Origin: Armatimonadota bacterium
GTDB taxonomy: Bacteria; Vulcanimicrobiota; JACPDS01; JBDRKI01
Reading direction: 5' to 3'
Assembly (NCBI GenBank): GCA_043814095.1
Contig: JBDRKI010000037.1
Span: 1 to 64,000, forward strand
DNA: 64,000 nucleotides
Position 1 is the first letter of the stretch. Every line of letters starts with the position of its first letter. Below, piece by piece: positions 19,336 through 30,139 of the stretch. The position numbers and the translations under genes are program-made. The notes beneath the pieces were generated by a model. The model did not search any database, had not been told where the DNA came from, and saw only the letters and a list, made by a program, of their open reading frames with translations.

Positions 19336-20355
19336 ATGGGAAAAGCTTTTAAGGTTTTAACCGGTTGTTTGATTGTTATTATGTTTATGGGATGTGTAAG
19401 TACTGTTTGTGCCCAGGAAAAGTGGGGATTTATAAACACATCGGGTGAAGAAGTTGTTTCTTTAAAATATGACACTGTTACTGATTTTGAAGACGGTTTT
19501 GCCGCTGTTGAGCTTAACGGCAAATGGGGATTTATAGATAAAACAGGGCAGGAAGTCGTCTCTGTTAAATACGACTCGGTAGGTACGGAAGATGTCTGCT
19601 TCAGTGAAGGGTTTGCCGCAGTAAAGATTGATGATAAATACGGTTTTGTAAATAAGAACGGGTCTCTTGTTATTGCCGCTAAATATGACAGTGTTAAAGA
19701 TTTCAAGGAAGGCCTTGCAGGTGTGGAACTTAACGGTCTCTGGGGCTTTATAGATACAACAGGCAGGGAGGTTATTCCTTTAGAATACGGTTTTGCCGAG
19801 GATTTCCAGGACGGTTTTTCAGCCGTTGAAAAAGAGACGCTATGGGGATTTATAGATAAGGCGGGAAATAAAGTTGTTCCTTTAAAATACGAGAACGCCT
19901 GGTCATTTACGGAAGGTCTTGCCGCTGTTGAGCTTAATGGGCAGTGGGGCTTTATAAATACAGCGGGTAAATTTGTTGTTCCTTTAAGATATGATGATGT
20001 GAATAATTTTTATGAGGGACTTGCCGTTGTTGAGCTTGACGGTAAATACGGTCTTGTAGATACAACCGGCAAAGACGTTGTATCTGCTAAGTACAGCAGT
20101 ATTAATAATTTTGCCGGAGGTTTTGCCGCTGTTGAACTTAATGAAAAATGGGGTTTTATAGATAAAACCGGGAAAGTTGCAGTAACAATAAAATATTACT
20201 CCGTAGAAGATTTCCATGAGGGACTGGCTTCTGTTGAGTTAAACGGCAAATACGGCTTTATAAATAATGCTGATGAGCAGGTTGTCCCCGTTGAATATGA
20301 TTACGCGTATTCTTTCAGCAACGGCATGGCCGCTGTTTTTCTTAATGATAAATAA
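19336..20355 (+). CDS. Secreted WG (KWG) repeat protein, truncated by an in-frame TAA
   Basis: Signal peptide; repeats F.EGLAAVELNGKWGFIDKTG; the repeat pattern continues in frame to TAA 20548-20550. Confidence 0.88.
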   Translation: MGKAFKVLTGCLIVIMFMGCVSTVCAQEKWGFINTSGEEVVSLKYDTVTDFEDGFAAVELNGKWGFIDKTGQEVVSVKYDSVGTEDVCFSEGFAAVKIDDKYGFVNKNGSLVIAAKYDSVKDFKEGLAGVELNGLWGFIDTTGREVIPLEYGFAEDFQDGFSAVEKETLWGFIDKAGNKVVPLKYENAWSFTEGLAAVELNGQWGFINTAGKFVVPLRYDDVNNFYEGLAVVELDGKYGLVDTTGKDVVSAKYSSINNFAGGFAAVELNEKWGFIDKTGKVAVTIKYYSVEDFHEGLASVELNGKYGFINNADEQVVPVEYDYAYSFSNGMAAVFLNDK

Positions 20356-20556
20356 GGTTTTGCGGACGTAACAGGGAAGCTCGCTGTCGGTTTGAAATAT
20401 GACAGTGTTCTGAGTTTTACTGACGGGCTCGGAGCTGTTGAGATTGAAAATAAATGGGGTTTTGTTGATAAAACGGGAAATCTTACGGTTCTCCTTAAAT
20501 ACAGTGAAGTAAATATATTTAAAGAAGGGCTTGCACGGGTAAAGAAATAAAAACTT

Positions 20557-22410
20557 TTATTGACTCGCCGGCAGTCTTACATAGAATTTTGATCCTTTTC
20601 CCGGGGTGCTTTCACATAATATCTTGCCATTGTGGGCTTCTATGATTTTTCTGCAGATGTAAAGGCCGTTGCCGAGACCTTCGAATCTTCTTGTTGATGA
20701 CATATCAACCTGGTAGAATGGATCAAATATTTTTTTAATCTGATCTTCAGATATGCCTATCCCGTGATCTTCGAATACGATGTTAATCATTTTAATATTA
20801 TCTTTTTTAGTAAATCCTATCGATATATTTATGTTCCCGCCCTCCGGTGAGAATTTAACGGCATTATCGAGTATATGGCGGAAACAGTGTGTCAGTTTAT
20901 CTCTGTCGGCGTTTACCGTTAACTGTATTCCCGGAGATGTTTCTGCGACATTAATGCTTATAACATTGGGAACCCCGCGCTGCCTTATATTCTCGGCTTC
21001 TTCCCTTATAATCGCTTCAATGTTGCAGATACCGTAATTTATCTGTTTCTCAACGCCTTCTATGTCATTAACTACGAAAAGATCATATATAAGCATATTT
21101 AAATGCTTTGATTCTCTGGCAATTACATTTAAGCTTTCGGAAACTGTTTCATTTTGGGTAGAATCAAGTTCATCTTTTAAAAGATCATTGTACCCGGTTA
21201 TCATTGTGACAGGTGTCATAAGTTCGTGTGATATAGATGCAAGGAAGATTTCCCTTTTTTTCTGTTCCTCAAAGAGCTGTTCTATATAATCCTCAATAGC
21301 GTTACCCATAACGTTAAACGCATGAGATAGTTTTCTTATCTCAAGAATTCCTTTTTTATCATCTAGGCGGGCTTCAAAATTTCCCTGTGCGAAGTTTTCG
21401 GTTTGTTTTACAAGCTCTGATACGGGTGAAAGTGAATTCCCGATAATTATAATAATGAGTATAATAAGGAATAAAATTACTATTGCAGAAGCAATAATAG
21501 TGATACTTGTATATTTTACAAGCGGCCCGAATACAGCCGTGCTTGATTCAACGATTATAAGGTCCCAGTTGGTCCCTGTTATGGGACTTACCGCCATACA
21601 TGATAGTTTGCCGGTGAACGGGTCCTTGATATTTTCCAGAAGAGCATCTTTGTCCCGGTGTATAGCTCCTATGAAACGTCTCATATCAGGGTTTTTAGAT
21701 AAATCTTTTAGATTGAAAATTGATTCAGTTGAAATTAAGTTTTTCATGGGATGAGCAATAAGATGACCTTTTTTATCAACAATAAACCCGTAGCCGGTAG
21801 CGCCTATCTGCAGGGATTTAAGTTTTCTTATCATGGAATCCAGAGAAACATCTACGGTGGCAACTCCTTTAATCTTGCCGCCTCTTACAACAGGCACGGA
21901 ATAGGTTATCATAAGTTTATTCCCGCCGCCTTCATCATAATAGGGCTGTGACCATATCCCTTTATTTTGCTTAACAGCTTTGGTAAACCACGGTTTATTC
22001 ACATAATCGTATGAAGGCGTATTAAGAGATGTGTATTTAGTTTGATCTCCTGATTTATAATAATAAGGGGAGTATAATCCCAAAGAAGTTTCTGAAGGTA
22101 TAAGCGCGAGGGTTGAACCGTAAATACTAGGATTTTTTTGCAGGGTTTTGTATATTATATCCCTTATATTCTTATCGGTAAAATTCGGGAGAACTTCATA
22201 AGTATTTGCCATCCCTTCAGCTATTTTTTCAGCCATAGCTATAAGGCCTGAAAATTCGCACGCATAGTAGGTGCTTACAGATTCGGCTTCATACTTGATT
22301 CGTTTTAAGAGAGTATCTTTAGAAATTGTATAATTAACAAATACAACAAGCCCGAATAATAATATAATAATGGGAATAAGTATTAATAAAAGTTTTTTTC
22401 TTAAACTCAT
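20557..22410 (-). CDS. Sensor histidine kinase (dCache-HAMP-HisKA-HATPase)
   Basis: Cache motifs PWFTKA, WSQPYYD, GVATVD; ASISHELMTP; DNAVKFS, DHGIGI, FYQVD, GLGNGL. Confidence 0.92.
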   Translation of the reverse strand: MSLRKKLLLILIPIIILLFGLVVFVNYTISKDTLLKRIKYEAESVSTYYACEFSGLIAMAEKIAEGMANTYEVLPNFTDKNIRDIIYKTLQKNPSIYGSTLALIPSETSLGLYSPYYYKSGDQTKYTSLNTPSYDYVNKPWFTKAVKQNKGIWSQPYYDEGGGNKLMITYSVPVVRGGKIKGVATVDVSLDSMIRKLKSLQIGATGYGFIVDKKGHLIAHPMKNLISTESIFNLKDLSKNPDMRRFIGAIHRDKDALLENIKDPFTGKLSCMAVSPITGTNWDLIIVESSTAVFGPLVKYTSITIIASAIVILFLIILIIIIIGNSLSPVSELVKQTENFAQGNFEARLDDKKGILEIRKLSHAFNVMGNAIEDYIEQLFEEQKKREIFLASISHELMTPVTMITGYNDLLKDELDSTQNETVSESLNVIARESKHLNMLIYDLFVVNDIEGVEKQINYGICNIEAIIREEAENIRQRGVPNVISINVAETSPGIQLTVNADRDKLTHCFRHILDNAVKFSPEGGNINISIGFTKKDNIKMINIVFEDHGIGISEDQIKKIFDPFYQVDMSSTRRFEGLGNGLYICRKIIEAHNGKILCESTPGKGSKFYVRLPASQ

Positions 22411-22463
22411 AAAAATAAAATTCCAGATGAATTATAAAACACCTTTTTATAGTATTGTTTAAA

Positions 22464-22490
22464 AGGATTAAATTTTATCTATGAAGAATT
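22464..22490 (+). promoter_or_regulatory. SigH-like promoter
   Basis: AGGATTA at 22464, GAATT at 22486. Confidence 0.5.
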
Positions 22491-22498
22491 AAAGCTTT

Positions 22499-23644
22499 AT
22501 GAATAAAGACATATGGAAAGACAGGCTATACGCGGTATGCTTTGCCATAGGCGTGCTGGTTCTTGTTTTTATTATTCTGCGGCTTTTAAGTTCTGTTAAA
22601 ATCGTTGTTGTAATGCTTGCGATCTCAATACTCCTTGCCTATATTCTGGTCCCGGCTGTCAGGTTCTTCAATTCTCCCATTGTGATTATTTATCCGGGGT
22701 ATATATCGTTTTTCAGAAAAAAGATTAAGCTTTCCAAAGAGAAAAAAATTATATTGAAAAAAGAAGGATTTCCTAAGATACTGGCAATTTCAATAGTATA
22801 TATTTTCTTACTGGTATTACTCTGGATCTCGGTATCGTATGTTCTTCCGAAGATAGCTTTTGAGTTTCAAAAATTTAAATATAATCTGCCCCAGCTTCAT
22901 TTAGATATGAAGACATCCTTTAAGAGTATTTCGGCATGGCTTGACTCAAAACTCCCATCTTATTTTTCAAGATCCGTTCTGCCCCAGGTAATAGATACTT
23001 TTCTTACGGAAGTTAAAAATATGGGGCTGGGTATTTTGCGCCAGACCGTGCCGATTGTAATAAGGATATTTTCTAATGTAGCCATAGCCCTTATTATACC
23101 GCTTCTTACCTTTTATATACTTATGGACGCGGATAAATACAGAAAAGGGTTTATGAGTTTAATACCCGCCCGCAGGAGGGAAGATACATCAGAGCTTTTA
23201 AAGAAAATTGACCTTGTTTTAGGAAGATTTATAAGGGGGCAGTTGATTGTCTGCTTTTGTATAGGCGTATCGGTAACGATTGTCTTAAAGCTGTGGGGGA
23301 TTGAATACGCATTTTTAATCGGTGTCTTCTCAGGGATTGTGGAAATAATACCCTATGTGGGTGTTGTGGTAAGTATGGTTCCTGCCGTTCTGCTTGCTCT
23401 TTTAAAGTCTCCCTGGATCGCTCTGGGAGTATTCGCGACCTTAATAGCGCTTCACTGGTCTGAAGGCCATATTATTATCCCGTTAGTTGTGGGTCAGGTA
23501 GTGGGCCTCCCTCCTCTTGTTATAATAGTAGCTCTTTTGGTAGGCGCCGAACTTATGGGTATCCCGGGCATGTTTTTAGCGGTTCCTGCCGCAGCTGTTA
23601 TAAGGGTGGTGCTGAACCATTACCTTGAGAAGTTGAAAAACTGA
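22499..23644 (+). CDS. AI-2E (PerM/TqsA) family transporter
   Basis: LAYILVPAV, RFIRGQL, IPYVG, GIPGMFLAVP. Confidence 0.9.
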   Translation: MNKDIWKDRLYAVCFAIGVLVLVFIILRLLSSVKIVVVMLAISILLAYILVPAVRFFNSPIVIIYPGYISFFRKKIKLSKEKKIILKKEGFPKILAISIVYIFLLVLLWISVSYVLPKIAFEFQKFKYNLPQLHLDMKTSFKSISAWLDSKLPSYFSRSVLPQVIDTFLTEVKNMGLGILRQTVPIVIRIFSNVAIALIIPLLTFYILMDADKYRKGFMSLIPARRREDTSELLKKIDLVLGRFIRGQLIVCFCIGVSVTIVLKLWGIEYAFLIGVFSGIVEIIPYVGVVVSMVPAVLLALLKSPWIALGVFATLIALHWSEGHIIIPLVVGQVVGLPPLVIIVALLVGAELMGIPGMFLAVPAAAVIRVVLNHYLEKLKN

Positions 23645-23804
23645 CCTTTATTAGAAGCTGCAAAAAAATATTTTTCTTAAATTTAAATATTTTCTTTCAT
23701 TAATTTCCATATCAAAAATCGCTGGGGAAGGGTTTTTTATATTTTACAAGAAATTTAAATAAATTAAGCTTTATATGTTTTTAAAAAAATAAGGAGAGTG
23801 AAGA

Positions 23805-26800
23805 ATGAGAAAAACAAATTTATTTTTAGTACTTGCCTTTCTTATGGTGCTTGTCGCGCAGCCGGTTTTTTCCGCTGCTGACGCGAATGTCGCCATTACT
23901 AATCCGCCGGTAAACAGTTCTGTATATCCGGGGCAGGATTTAAGTATAACTGTCAGTATAAATCCCGCGGTTGTAGAGGTAGCCCAAAAACTGCTTGTCA
24001 GCATAGTGCAGAATAATTCTACTATCGTTCAAACAATAATTGCCGGTCCTCAGGCTAATAATAATGTAAGATTGCAGATACCCGGTAATGCGGCGCTTGG
24101 AAACGCGTCCATAAAGGCTTATCTGTCGACCAGTCGGGCCGTGGAAAATTTTGAAACCTCCATGCCTATAAGAATTGACAGAATTGACGCCGATCTTCGC
24201 ATTACAAGCCCCGCGCCAAACGCGCCGGTAAATCAGGGTCAGAACGTTCCCGTTGCAGTTACAATGAACAGGGAAGCCGCGGGCTTTGCGGCCAAACTGG
24301 TCGTTAAGATAGTGCAGAATAACTCTGCGATTGCACAAACTGTTGTTGCCAACCCCCAGGCAAATAACAGGATTAACCTGCAACTGCCAGCGAACGCGGC
24401 CGTAGGCAACGCTTCAATAGAAGCATATATTGCTCCCTCCGACAATTTAAATAATCACAGTGTTGCTATCCCGATAAGGATAAGCGGTGTTAATGCCAAC
24501 CTGCGCATTACTTCCCCCGCGGCCAATACAGTGGTATATCCGGGTCAGAGCTTAAATGTCGGGCTTGCAATTAATCAGGAAGCTGTCGGTGTAGCCAACA
24601 GGATTGCCGTACTGATTAACCAGAACAACCGCACTATACTGCAGACTAACATTAATAATCCGGGACAGGTTAATAATGTTAGGATAGAGGTTCCAGAAAA
24701 TATAGAGCTCGGCCAAGCTGATATTCAGGCATTTGTATATCCTACGGAGATTTTAGAAAATCATAGAGCTTTAGTTCGTCTAACTGTAAGCAAGGTTGAC
24801 GCCGGGCTTCAGATTACAAGGCCTGCGGCAAATACTTCTGTTTCTCAGGGTGAGAATGTGAGTATTACTGTAGCCATGAACAGGGAAGCCGTCGGCGCGG
24901 TAAACAGGATTCTTGTAAGAATTTATCAGAATAACAGATCAGTGGTGCAGGAAATTATAAATAATCCGCGTTCCGCCGCGAATACGGTTACACTGCAGCT
25001 TCCCGCGAATGCGGCTGCCGGGAACGCGTCAATTCAGGCATTTGCTTATCCGAATAACATTTTAACTCATTTCAGCGCTTCACTGCCGATAAGTGTAGGC
25101 GCGGTTGATGCCGGTTTAAGGATAACGGGTCCCGCTGCTAATTCAAGCATATATTTAGAGCAGGATGTTCCTGTTACGGTTAATATGAACAGGGATGCTG
25201 TGGGTACTGCCCATAGATTACTTGTTAAGATAGAGAAAAACAATACTGTGGTGGCGCAGACCGTTGTTAATAATCCCCAGACAGTCAACCGTGTTACCCT
25301 GCATGTTCCCGGTAATACGGTTTTAGGTCCTGTTGTCATAAGGGCTGTTGTTGAGCCCGAAGGTATGAGTAATTCCAATGTTTCAATACCCATTGCCGTT
25401 GAGAAAGCCGATGCGGGTGTTCAGATTGTAAGACCTGCCGCCAATGAGGTAATATCACCGGATCAGGATATTGATATTTTAGTTAATATGAACGCCGTAG
25501 CAGTCGGTATAGCCAGCAGTATGGATATCGCTTTAATGCAGGGCGGGCGCATACTTGCCCGGACATCGGTTAATAATCCCCGCACTGCCACGCGTGTAAC
25601 CCTGCATGTTCCGGCTAATGCCGCTGTGGGCGAGGCTAATATCCAGGCGGTTGTGAGTCCCAGTAACAGTCTTAATAACCGCAACGCTCTGGTGAATGTA
25701 AGTATAAATAAAGTTAATGCTAATCTGCGGATAACATCTCCCAATGCAAATGCCAATCTGTTACAGGGACAGGATGTGCCTATAACGGTTGTTATGAACC
25801 GCGAAGCACAGGGAGTAGCCGAGAGTATGCGGGTCAGGATAGAACAGAACGGTGTCGCCATAGCGCAAACCGTCATAAATAATCCACAGATAACTAACAG
25901 GGTAACTTTACATGTTCCGGCAAATGCCGCTGTACGCAATGCATCAATACAGGCATTTGTATATCCGTCAGAAAGAATGATAGGACACAGTGCAGCCATC
26001 CCGGTTAATATAGGCAGTGTCAATGCCAATCTGCGCATTACTTCTCCCGCGGCTGATGCTGTTATATATCCGGGCCAGAGTTTAAATGTCGGGCTTACCA
26101 TTAATCCGGAAGCAGTTGGTATAGCTGACAGGATTCACGTAACGCTGACACAGAATGGCCGCAGTATAGTGCAAACTGATATTAATAATCCCAGACAGGT
26201 AAATAATATAACGATAGAGATTCCCGCGGATGCCGCTCTTGGCGAAGCAACTGTTAACGCTTTTGTGTATCCTTTGGATAATTTGGGTAATCACAGTGCC
26301 TTAGTGCGGTTAACTGTAAGCAAGATTGATGCAGGGCTTCAGATTACAAGGCCTGCGGCAAATACTTCTGTTTCTCAGGGTGAGAATGTGAGTATTACGG
26401 TAGCCATGAACAGGGATGCCGTCGGTGCAGTAAACAGGATTCTTGTAAGAATTTATCAGAATAACAGATCAATTGTCCAGAAAATTATAAATAATCCGCG
26501 TTCCGCCGCGAGTACGGTTACACTGCAGCTGCCTGCGAATGCGGCTGCCGGGAACGCGTCAATTCAGGCATTTGCTTATCCGAATAACATTTTAACTCAT
26601 TTCAGCGCTTCACTGCCGATAAGCGTGGGCGCGGTTGATGCCGGTTTAAGGATAACGGGTCCTGCTGCGAATTCCAGCATATATTTAGAGCAGGATGTTC
26701 CCGTAACGGTTACGATGAACAGGGATGCAGTAGGTACTGCTCAGAGATTACTTGTTAAGATAGAGAAGAACAATAATGTGGTTGCGCAGACTGTAGTTAA

Positions 26801-28469
26801 TAATCCCCAGACAAGCAACCGTGTAACCCTGCATGTTCCCGGTAATACGGTTTTAGGTCCTGTTGTTATCAGAGCCATTGTGGAGCCTGAAGGTATGAGT
26901 AATTCCAATGTTTCAATACCTGTTGCCGTTGAGAAAGCGAATGCTAATCTTCAGATAACAAGGCCTGCCGCCAACGCGGTAATATCGCCTGACCAGGATA
27001 TAGATGTTTCGGTTACCATGAATGCGGAGGCTGTCGGTATAGTTAACAGGATGGAGATAGCTTTAATGCAGGGAGGGCGCATACTTGTCCGGACATCGGT
27101 TGATAATCCGCGCACTGCGACCCGTGTAACTCTCCATGTTCCGGCTAATATCGCTGCGGGGGAGGCCAATATCCAGGCGGTTGTGAGCCCTAGTAACAGT
27201 CTTAATGGCCGCAACGCTCTGGTTAATGTAAGTATAAACGCGGTTGATGCCGGTTTAAGGATAACAGAGCCGGTTATTAATACTGCGTTGTTCCAGGGCC
27301 AGGAAGTACCTGTTGTAGTTACGATGAACAAGGACGCGCTTGATACTGCAGAGAGAATACTTGTAAGGATTGTACAGAACAATCAGACGCTTGTGCAGAC
27401 AAATATCAACAATCCGCGTATAAGCAACCGTATTACTTTAACTGTGCCGGCTAATGCCGCCGGAGGCAATGCTTTCATACAGGCAGTAGCCTATCCTACT
27501 GAGAGAATGAGGAATTATAATGTTGTCATCCCCGTAAGAATTAATACAGTTGACGCTAACCTGCAGATTACTTCCCCTGCAGGGAACACAGTTATGTTCC
27601 CCGGTCAGGATTTAGTTGTCAGAGTTACCATGAACGCCGATGCGGTAGGTATAGCCGAGAGACTGATTGTAAGTATCAATCAGAATAACAGAAACATAGC
27701 TGAAACCGTTGTGGATAACCCCAGGCAGACAAGCAATGTAAGGATACAGATACCGGCTAATACAGCCGTCGGAAACGCTTTAATACGGGCGGTTGTAGAG
27801 CCTTCAGCAAGAATGAATAGGAACAGTGTCTCAATACCTATCCAAGTTAACGTAGTGGATGCGGCTATGGTTATCTCAAGACCTGCCGCCAATGCGACTG
27901 TTTATAAAGGATTGGAAGCAGACATAACAGTAGCCATAAACAGGGCGGCTGTTGATACCGCAGAGAGAATTCTTGTAAGGATTGTGCAGAATAATAATAC
28001 TTTGGTTGAAACTATGGTAAATAACCCGCAAGCGGTAAACAGGGTTAATCTCGTTATACCTGTTAATGCCTCTCTCGGTAATGCCGTGATTCAATCATTT
28101 GTATATCCTGCAGAGAGAATGAGCAATAACAGAGCAACTTCTAATATTACGATAGCCAAATTTAATCCCAGCTTAAGATTTGTAAGACCTCCTTCCAATA
28201 CAAATGTAAGGCGCGGGCATGAATTTAATGTCAGTGTGGCAATGGACCGTCAGGCTATCGGTATTTCTACCAGATTGCAGGTCAGGATAGAACAAAATAA
28301 CAGAGTAATTGTCAGTGTTAACATAGATAATCCTCAAGTATCAAATGATGTTGTGCTCCAGGTGCCGGCTAATGCCGCGCCTGGAAATGTTACATTGAAA
28401 GCAGAGCTATATCCTGCCGCGAACTTTGAAGGGAACACCGTTACCAGGCCTATAACTATTGTCAGATAG
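23805..28469 (+). CDS. Large secreted surface protein, 15 tandem ~102-aa Ig-like repeats
   Basis: 24-aa signal peptide plus 15 x 102 aa = 1554 aa; repeat consensus DA.L.IT.PA.N....GQ...V.V.MN..A.G.A.R......QNN. Confidence 0.85.
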   Translation: MRKTNLFLVLAFLMVLVAQPVFSAADANVAITNPPVNSSVYPGQDLSITVSINPAVVEVAQKLLVSIVQNNSTIVQTIIAGPQANNNVRLQIPGNAALGNASIKAYLSTSRAVENFETSMPIRIDRIDADLRITSPAPNAPVNQGQNVPVAVTMNREAAGFAAKLVVKIVQNNSAIAQTVVANPQANNRINLQLPANAAVGNASIEAYIAPSDNLNNHSVAIPIRISGVNANLRITSPAANTVVYPGQSLNVGLAINQEAVGVANRIAVLINQNNRTILQTNINNPGQVNNVRIEVPENIELGQADIQAFVYPTEILENHRALVRLTVSKVDAGLQITRPAANTSVSQGENVSITVAMNREAVGAVNRILVRIYQNNRSVVQEIINNPRSAANTVTLQLPANAAAGNASIQAFAYPNNILTHFSASLPISVGAVDAGLRITGPAANSSIYLEQDVPVTVNMNRDAVGTAHRLLVKIEKNNTVVAQTVVNNPQTVNRVTLHVPGNTVLGPVVIRAVVEPEGMSNSNVSIPIAVEKADAGVQIVRPAANEVISPDQDIDILVNMNAVAVGIASSMDIALMQGGRILARTSVNNPRTATRVTLHVPANAAVGEANIQAVVSPSNSLNNRNALVNVSINKVNANLRITSPNANANLLQGQDVPITVVMNREAQGVAESMRVRIEQNGVAIAQTVINNPQITNRVTLHVPANAAVRNASIQAFVYPSERMIGHSAAIPVNIGSVNANLRITSPAADAVIYPGQSLNVGLTINPEAVGIADRIHVTLTQNGRSIVQTDINNPRQVNNITIEIPADAALGEATVNAFVYPLDNLGNHSALVRLTVSKIDAGLQITRPAANTSVSQGENVSITVAMNRDAVGAVNRILVRIYQNNRSIVQKIINNPRSAASTVTLQLPANAAAGNASIQAFAYPNNILTHFSASLPISVGAVDAGLRITGPAANSSIYLEQDVPVTVTMNRDAVGTAQRLLVKIEKNNNVVAQTVVNNPQTSNRVTLHVPGNTVLGPVVIRAIVEPEGMSNSNVSIPVAVEKANANLQITRPAANAVISPDQDIDVSVTMNAEAVGIVNRMEIALMQGGRILVRTSVDNPRTATRVTLHVPANIAAGEANIQAVVSPSNSLNGRNALVNVSINAVDAGLRITEPVINTALFQGQEVPVVVTMNKDALDTAERILVRIVQNNQTLVQTNINNPRISNRITLTVPANAAGGNAFIQAVAYPTERMRNYNVVIPVRINTVDANLQITSPAGNTVMFPGQDLVVRVTMNADAVGIAERLIVSINQNNRNIAETVVDNPRQTSNVRIQIPANTAVGNALIRAVVEPSARMNRNSVSIPIQVNVVDAAMVISRPAANATVYKGLEADITVAINRAAVDTAERILVRIVQNNNTLVETMVNNPQAVNRVNLVIPVNASLGNAVIQSFVYPAERMSNNRATSNITIAKFNPSLRFVRPPSNTNVRRGHEFNVSVAMDRQAIGISTRLQVRIEQNNRVIVSVNIDNPQVSNDVVLQVPANAAPGNVTLKAELYPAANFEGNTVTRPITIVR
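24489..27548 (+). repeat. Intragenic 1530-bp (5-repeat) tandem duplication
   Basis: Same sequences recur at +1530 (24489/26019, 24811/26341); repeats 4-6 and 9-11 nearly identical at DNA level. Confidence 0.85.
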
Positions 28470-28507
28470 GGTTTTGGTCCTGAAGTTAAAATAGAAAGTA
28501 TAAGATA

Positions 28508-28543
28508 AAGCAGGGACTGTGCATATATGAACAGTCCCTGCTT
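28508..28543. terminator. Bidirectional terminator
   Basis: AAGCAGGGACTGT-10 nt-ACAGTCCCTGCTT between convergent genes. Confidence 0.8.
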
Positions 28544-28598
28544 ATTTTCTTAATTAAAATCTTTCTTTCTTTCTTTCTTTCTCTTGTTTTTTTATTAT

Positions 28599-29987
28599 TT
28601 ACGCTTTTACTTTTTTACCAGCAGGTGCAAGGTGAGCAGTAAAATGCCTTAAAAAAGGCGCATGGTAGGTTACGGCATATCCCTTTAATTTATCTTTATT
28701 CTTTAATACTTCTTCTGTAACTTCTATAAGGTAATCAACATGGCTCTGGGTATATACTCTTCTGGGGAATGCAAGCCTTACAAGCTCCATGTGTGATGGT
28801 ATAAGTTTTTCTTCTTTATCGTATTTACCGAACATTAAAGAACCGATCTCAACCGCGCGCACTCCGCCTTCTATATATAATGCGTTGCAGAGCGCTATGC
28901 CAGGGTATTCATGGGGAGGTATATGGGGAAGCATCTCTTTTGCGTCAATATAAACGGCATGACCTCCCACCGGCCTTATAATCGGGATGCCTGCTTTTAA
29001 TATTTTTTCGCCGAAATATTCAACTGATCTTATGCGGTATCTCATGTAATCTTCTTCAAGAACTTCTTTTAAGCCAACTGCCATTGCGGCGAGATCGCGT
29101 CCTGCAAGGCCGCCGTAGGTGGGGAACCCTTCTGTAAGTATAAGGAGGTTTCTGCATTCCATGGCGAGAGTATCATCATTTACCGCAAGAAATCCTCCTA
29201 TATTTACAAGGGCGTCTTTTTTGGCGCTCATTGTGCATCCGTCGGCATAAGAGAACATCTCTTGGGCTATCTCAAGAAGACTCTTATTCTCATAACCCTT
29301 TCCCCTTTTCTTAATGAAATAGGCATTTTCGGCAAACCTGCATGCATCTATATAGAAGGGGATAGAGTGTGATTTTGCTATATGCGAAACCTCTTTTATA
29401 TTCTCCATTGATACCGGCTGGCCGCCTCCGGAATTATTAGTGACTGTTATCATAATGGCGGGTATATTTTCCCTGCCTTTCTCTTTTATAAATACTTCCA
29501 GTTTTTTAGTATCCATATTGCCCTTAAACGGATGTTCAAGGGAAGGTATTTTTCCTTCGTCAATCACTAAATCAACAGCTTCGGCACCGGTATATTCCAC
29601 ATTGGCTCTTGTTGTGTCAAAATGGGTATTATTGGGTATGGCTTTTCCTTTGCCGCCGATTATGGAAAAAAGTATCTTCTCTGCCGATCTTCCCTGATGG
29701 GTAGGTATTATATTTTTAAAGCCGGTAATATCTTTAACCGCGCTTTCAAATTCATAGAAAGATTCACCCCCCGCGTAGGATTCGTCGCCCTTCATTATTG
29801 CGGCCCACTGGTTAGCGCTCATGGCGCTTGTTCCGCTGTCCGTTAAAAGATCAATCATTACATCACGAGCTTTTATCATAAAGACATTGTAACGGGCTTC
29901 CTCCAGAATCTTCTCCCTCTGTTCGCGGGTGGTCATTTGAATGGGCTCTACGGTTTTAATTTTAAAGGGTTCAATAATTGTTTTCAT
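28599..29987 (-). CDS. tnaA: Tryptophanase (beta-eliminating lyase)
   Basis: EPFKIKTVE, DLLTDSGT, THQGR, SAKKD PLP site; C-terminal LRHFTA (His as in tryptophanase; tyrosine phenol-lyase has Phe). Confidence 0.85.
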   Translation of the reverse strand: MKTIIEPFKIKTVEPIQMTTREQREKILEEARYNVFMIKARDVMIDLLTDSGTSAMSANQWAAIMKGDESYAGGESFYEFESAVKDITGFKNIIPTHQGRSAEKILFSIIGGKGKAIPNNTHFDTTRANVEYTGAEAVDLVIDEGKIPSLEHPFKGNMDTKKLEVFIKEKGRENIPAIMITVTNNSGGGQPVSMENIKEVSHIAKSHSIPFYIDACRFAENAYFIKKRGKGYENKSLLEIAQEMFSYADGCTMSAKKDALVNIGGFLAVNDDTLAMECRNLLILTEGFPTYGGLAGRDLAAMAVGLKEVLEEDYMRYRIRSVEYFGEKILKAGIPIIRPVGGHAVYIDAKEMLPHIPPHEYPGIALCNALYIEGGVRAVEIGSLMFGKYDKEEKLIPSHMELVRLAFPRRVYTQSHVDYLIEVTEEVLKNKDKLKGYAVTYHAPFLRHFTAHLAPAGKKVKA

Positions 29988-30139
29988 AATTTAAGCTCCT
30001 TAAATTAAATATAGGTTTATTGACAGGTGTCTGGTTTTAATTAAATAGAAGGCTTTGTTTTTCCTGCAACAAAAGGTATTTATATTAAAACAGCAAAATA
30101 TTATATAAAGTTTTATCCTGAAAATAAGGATGTTTTTAA

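Noticed and set aside
20353-20355. Stop-codon reassignment (TAA read as sense)
   Set aside because: Many well-conserved genes here end correctly at TAA; this is an isolated case.
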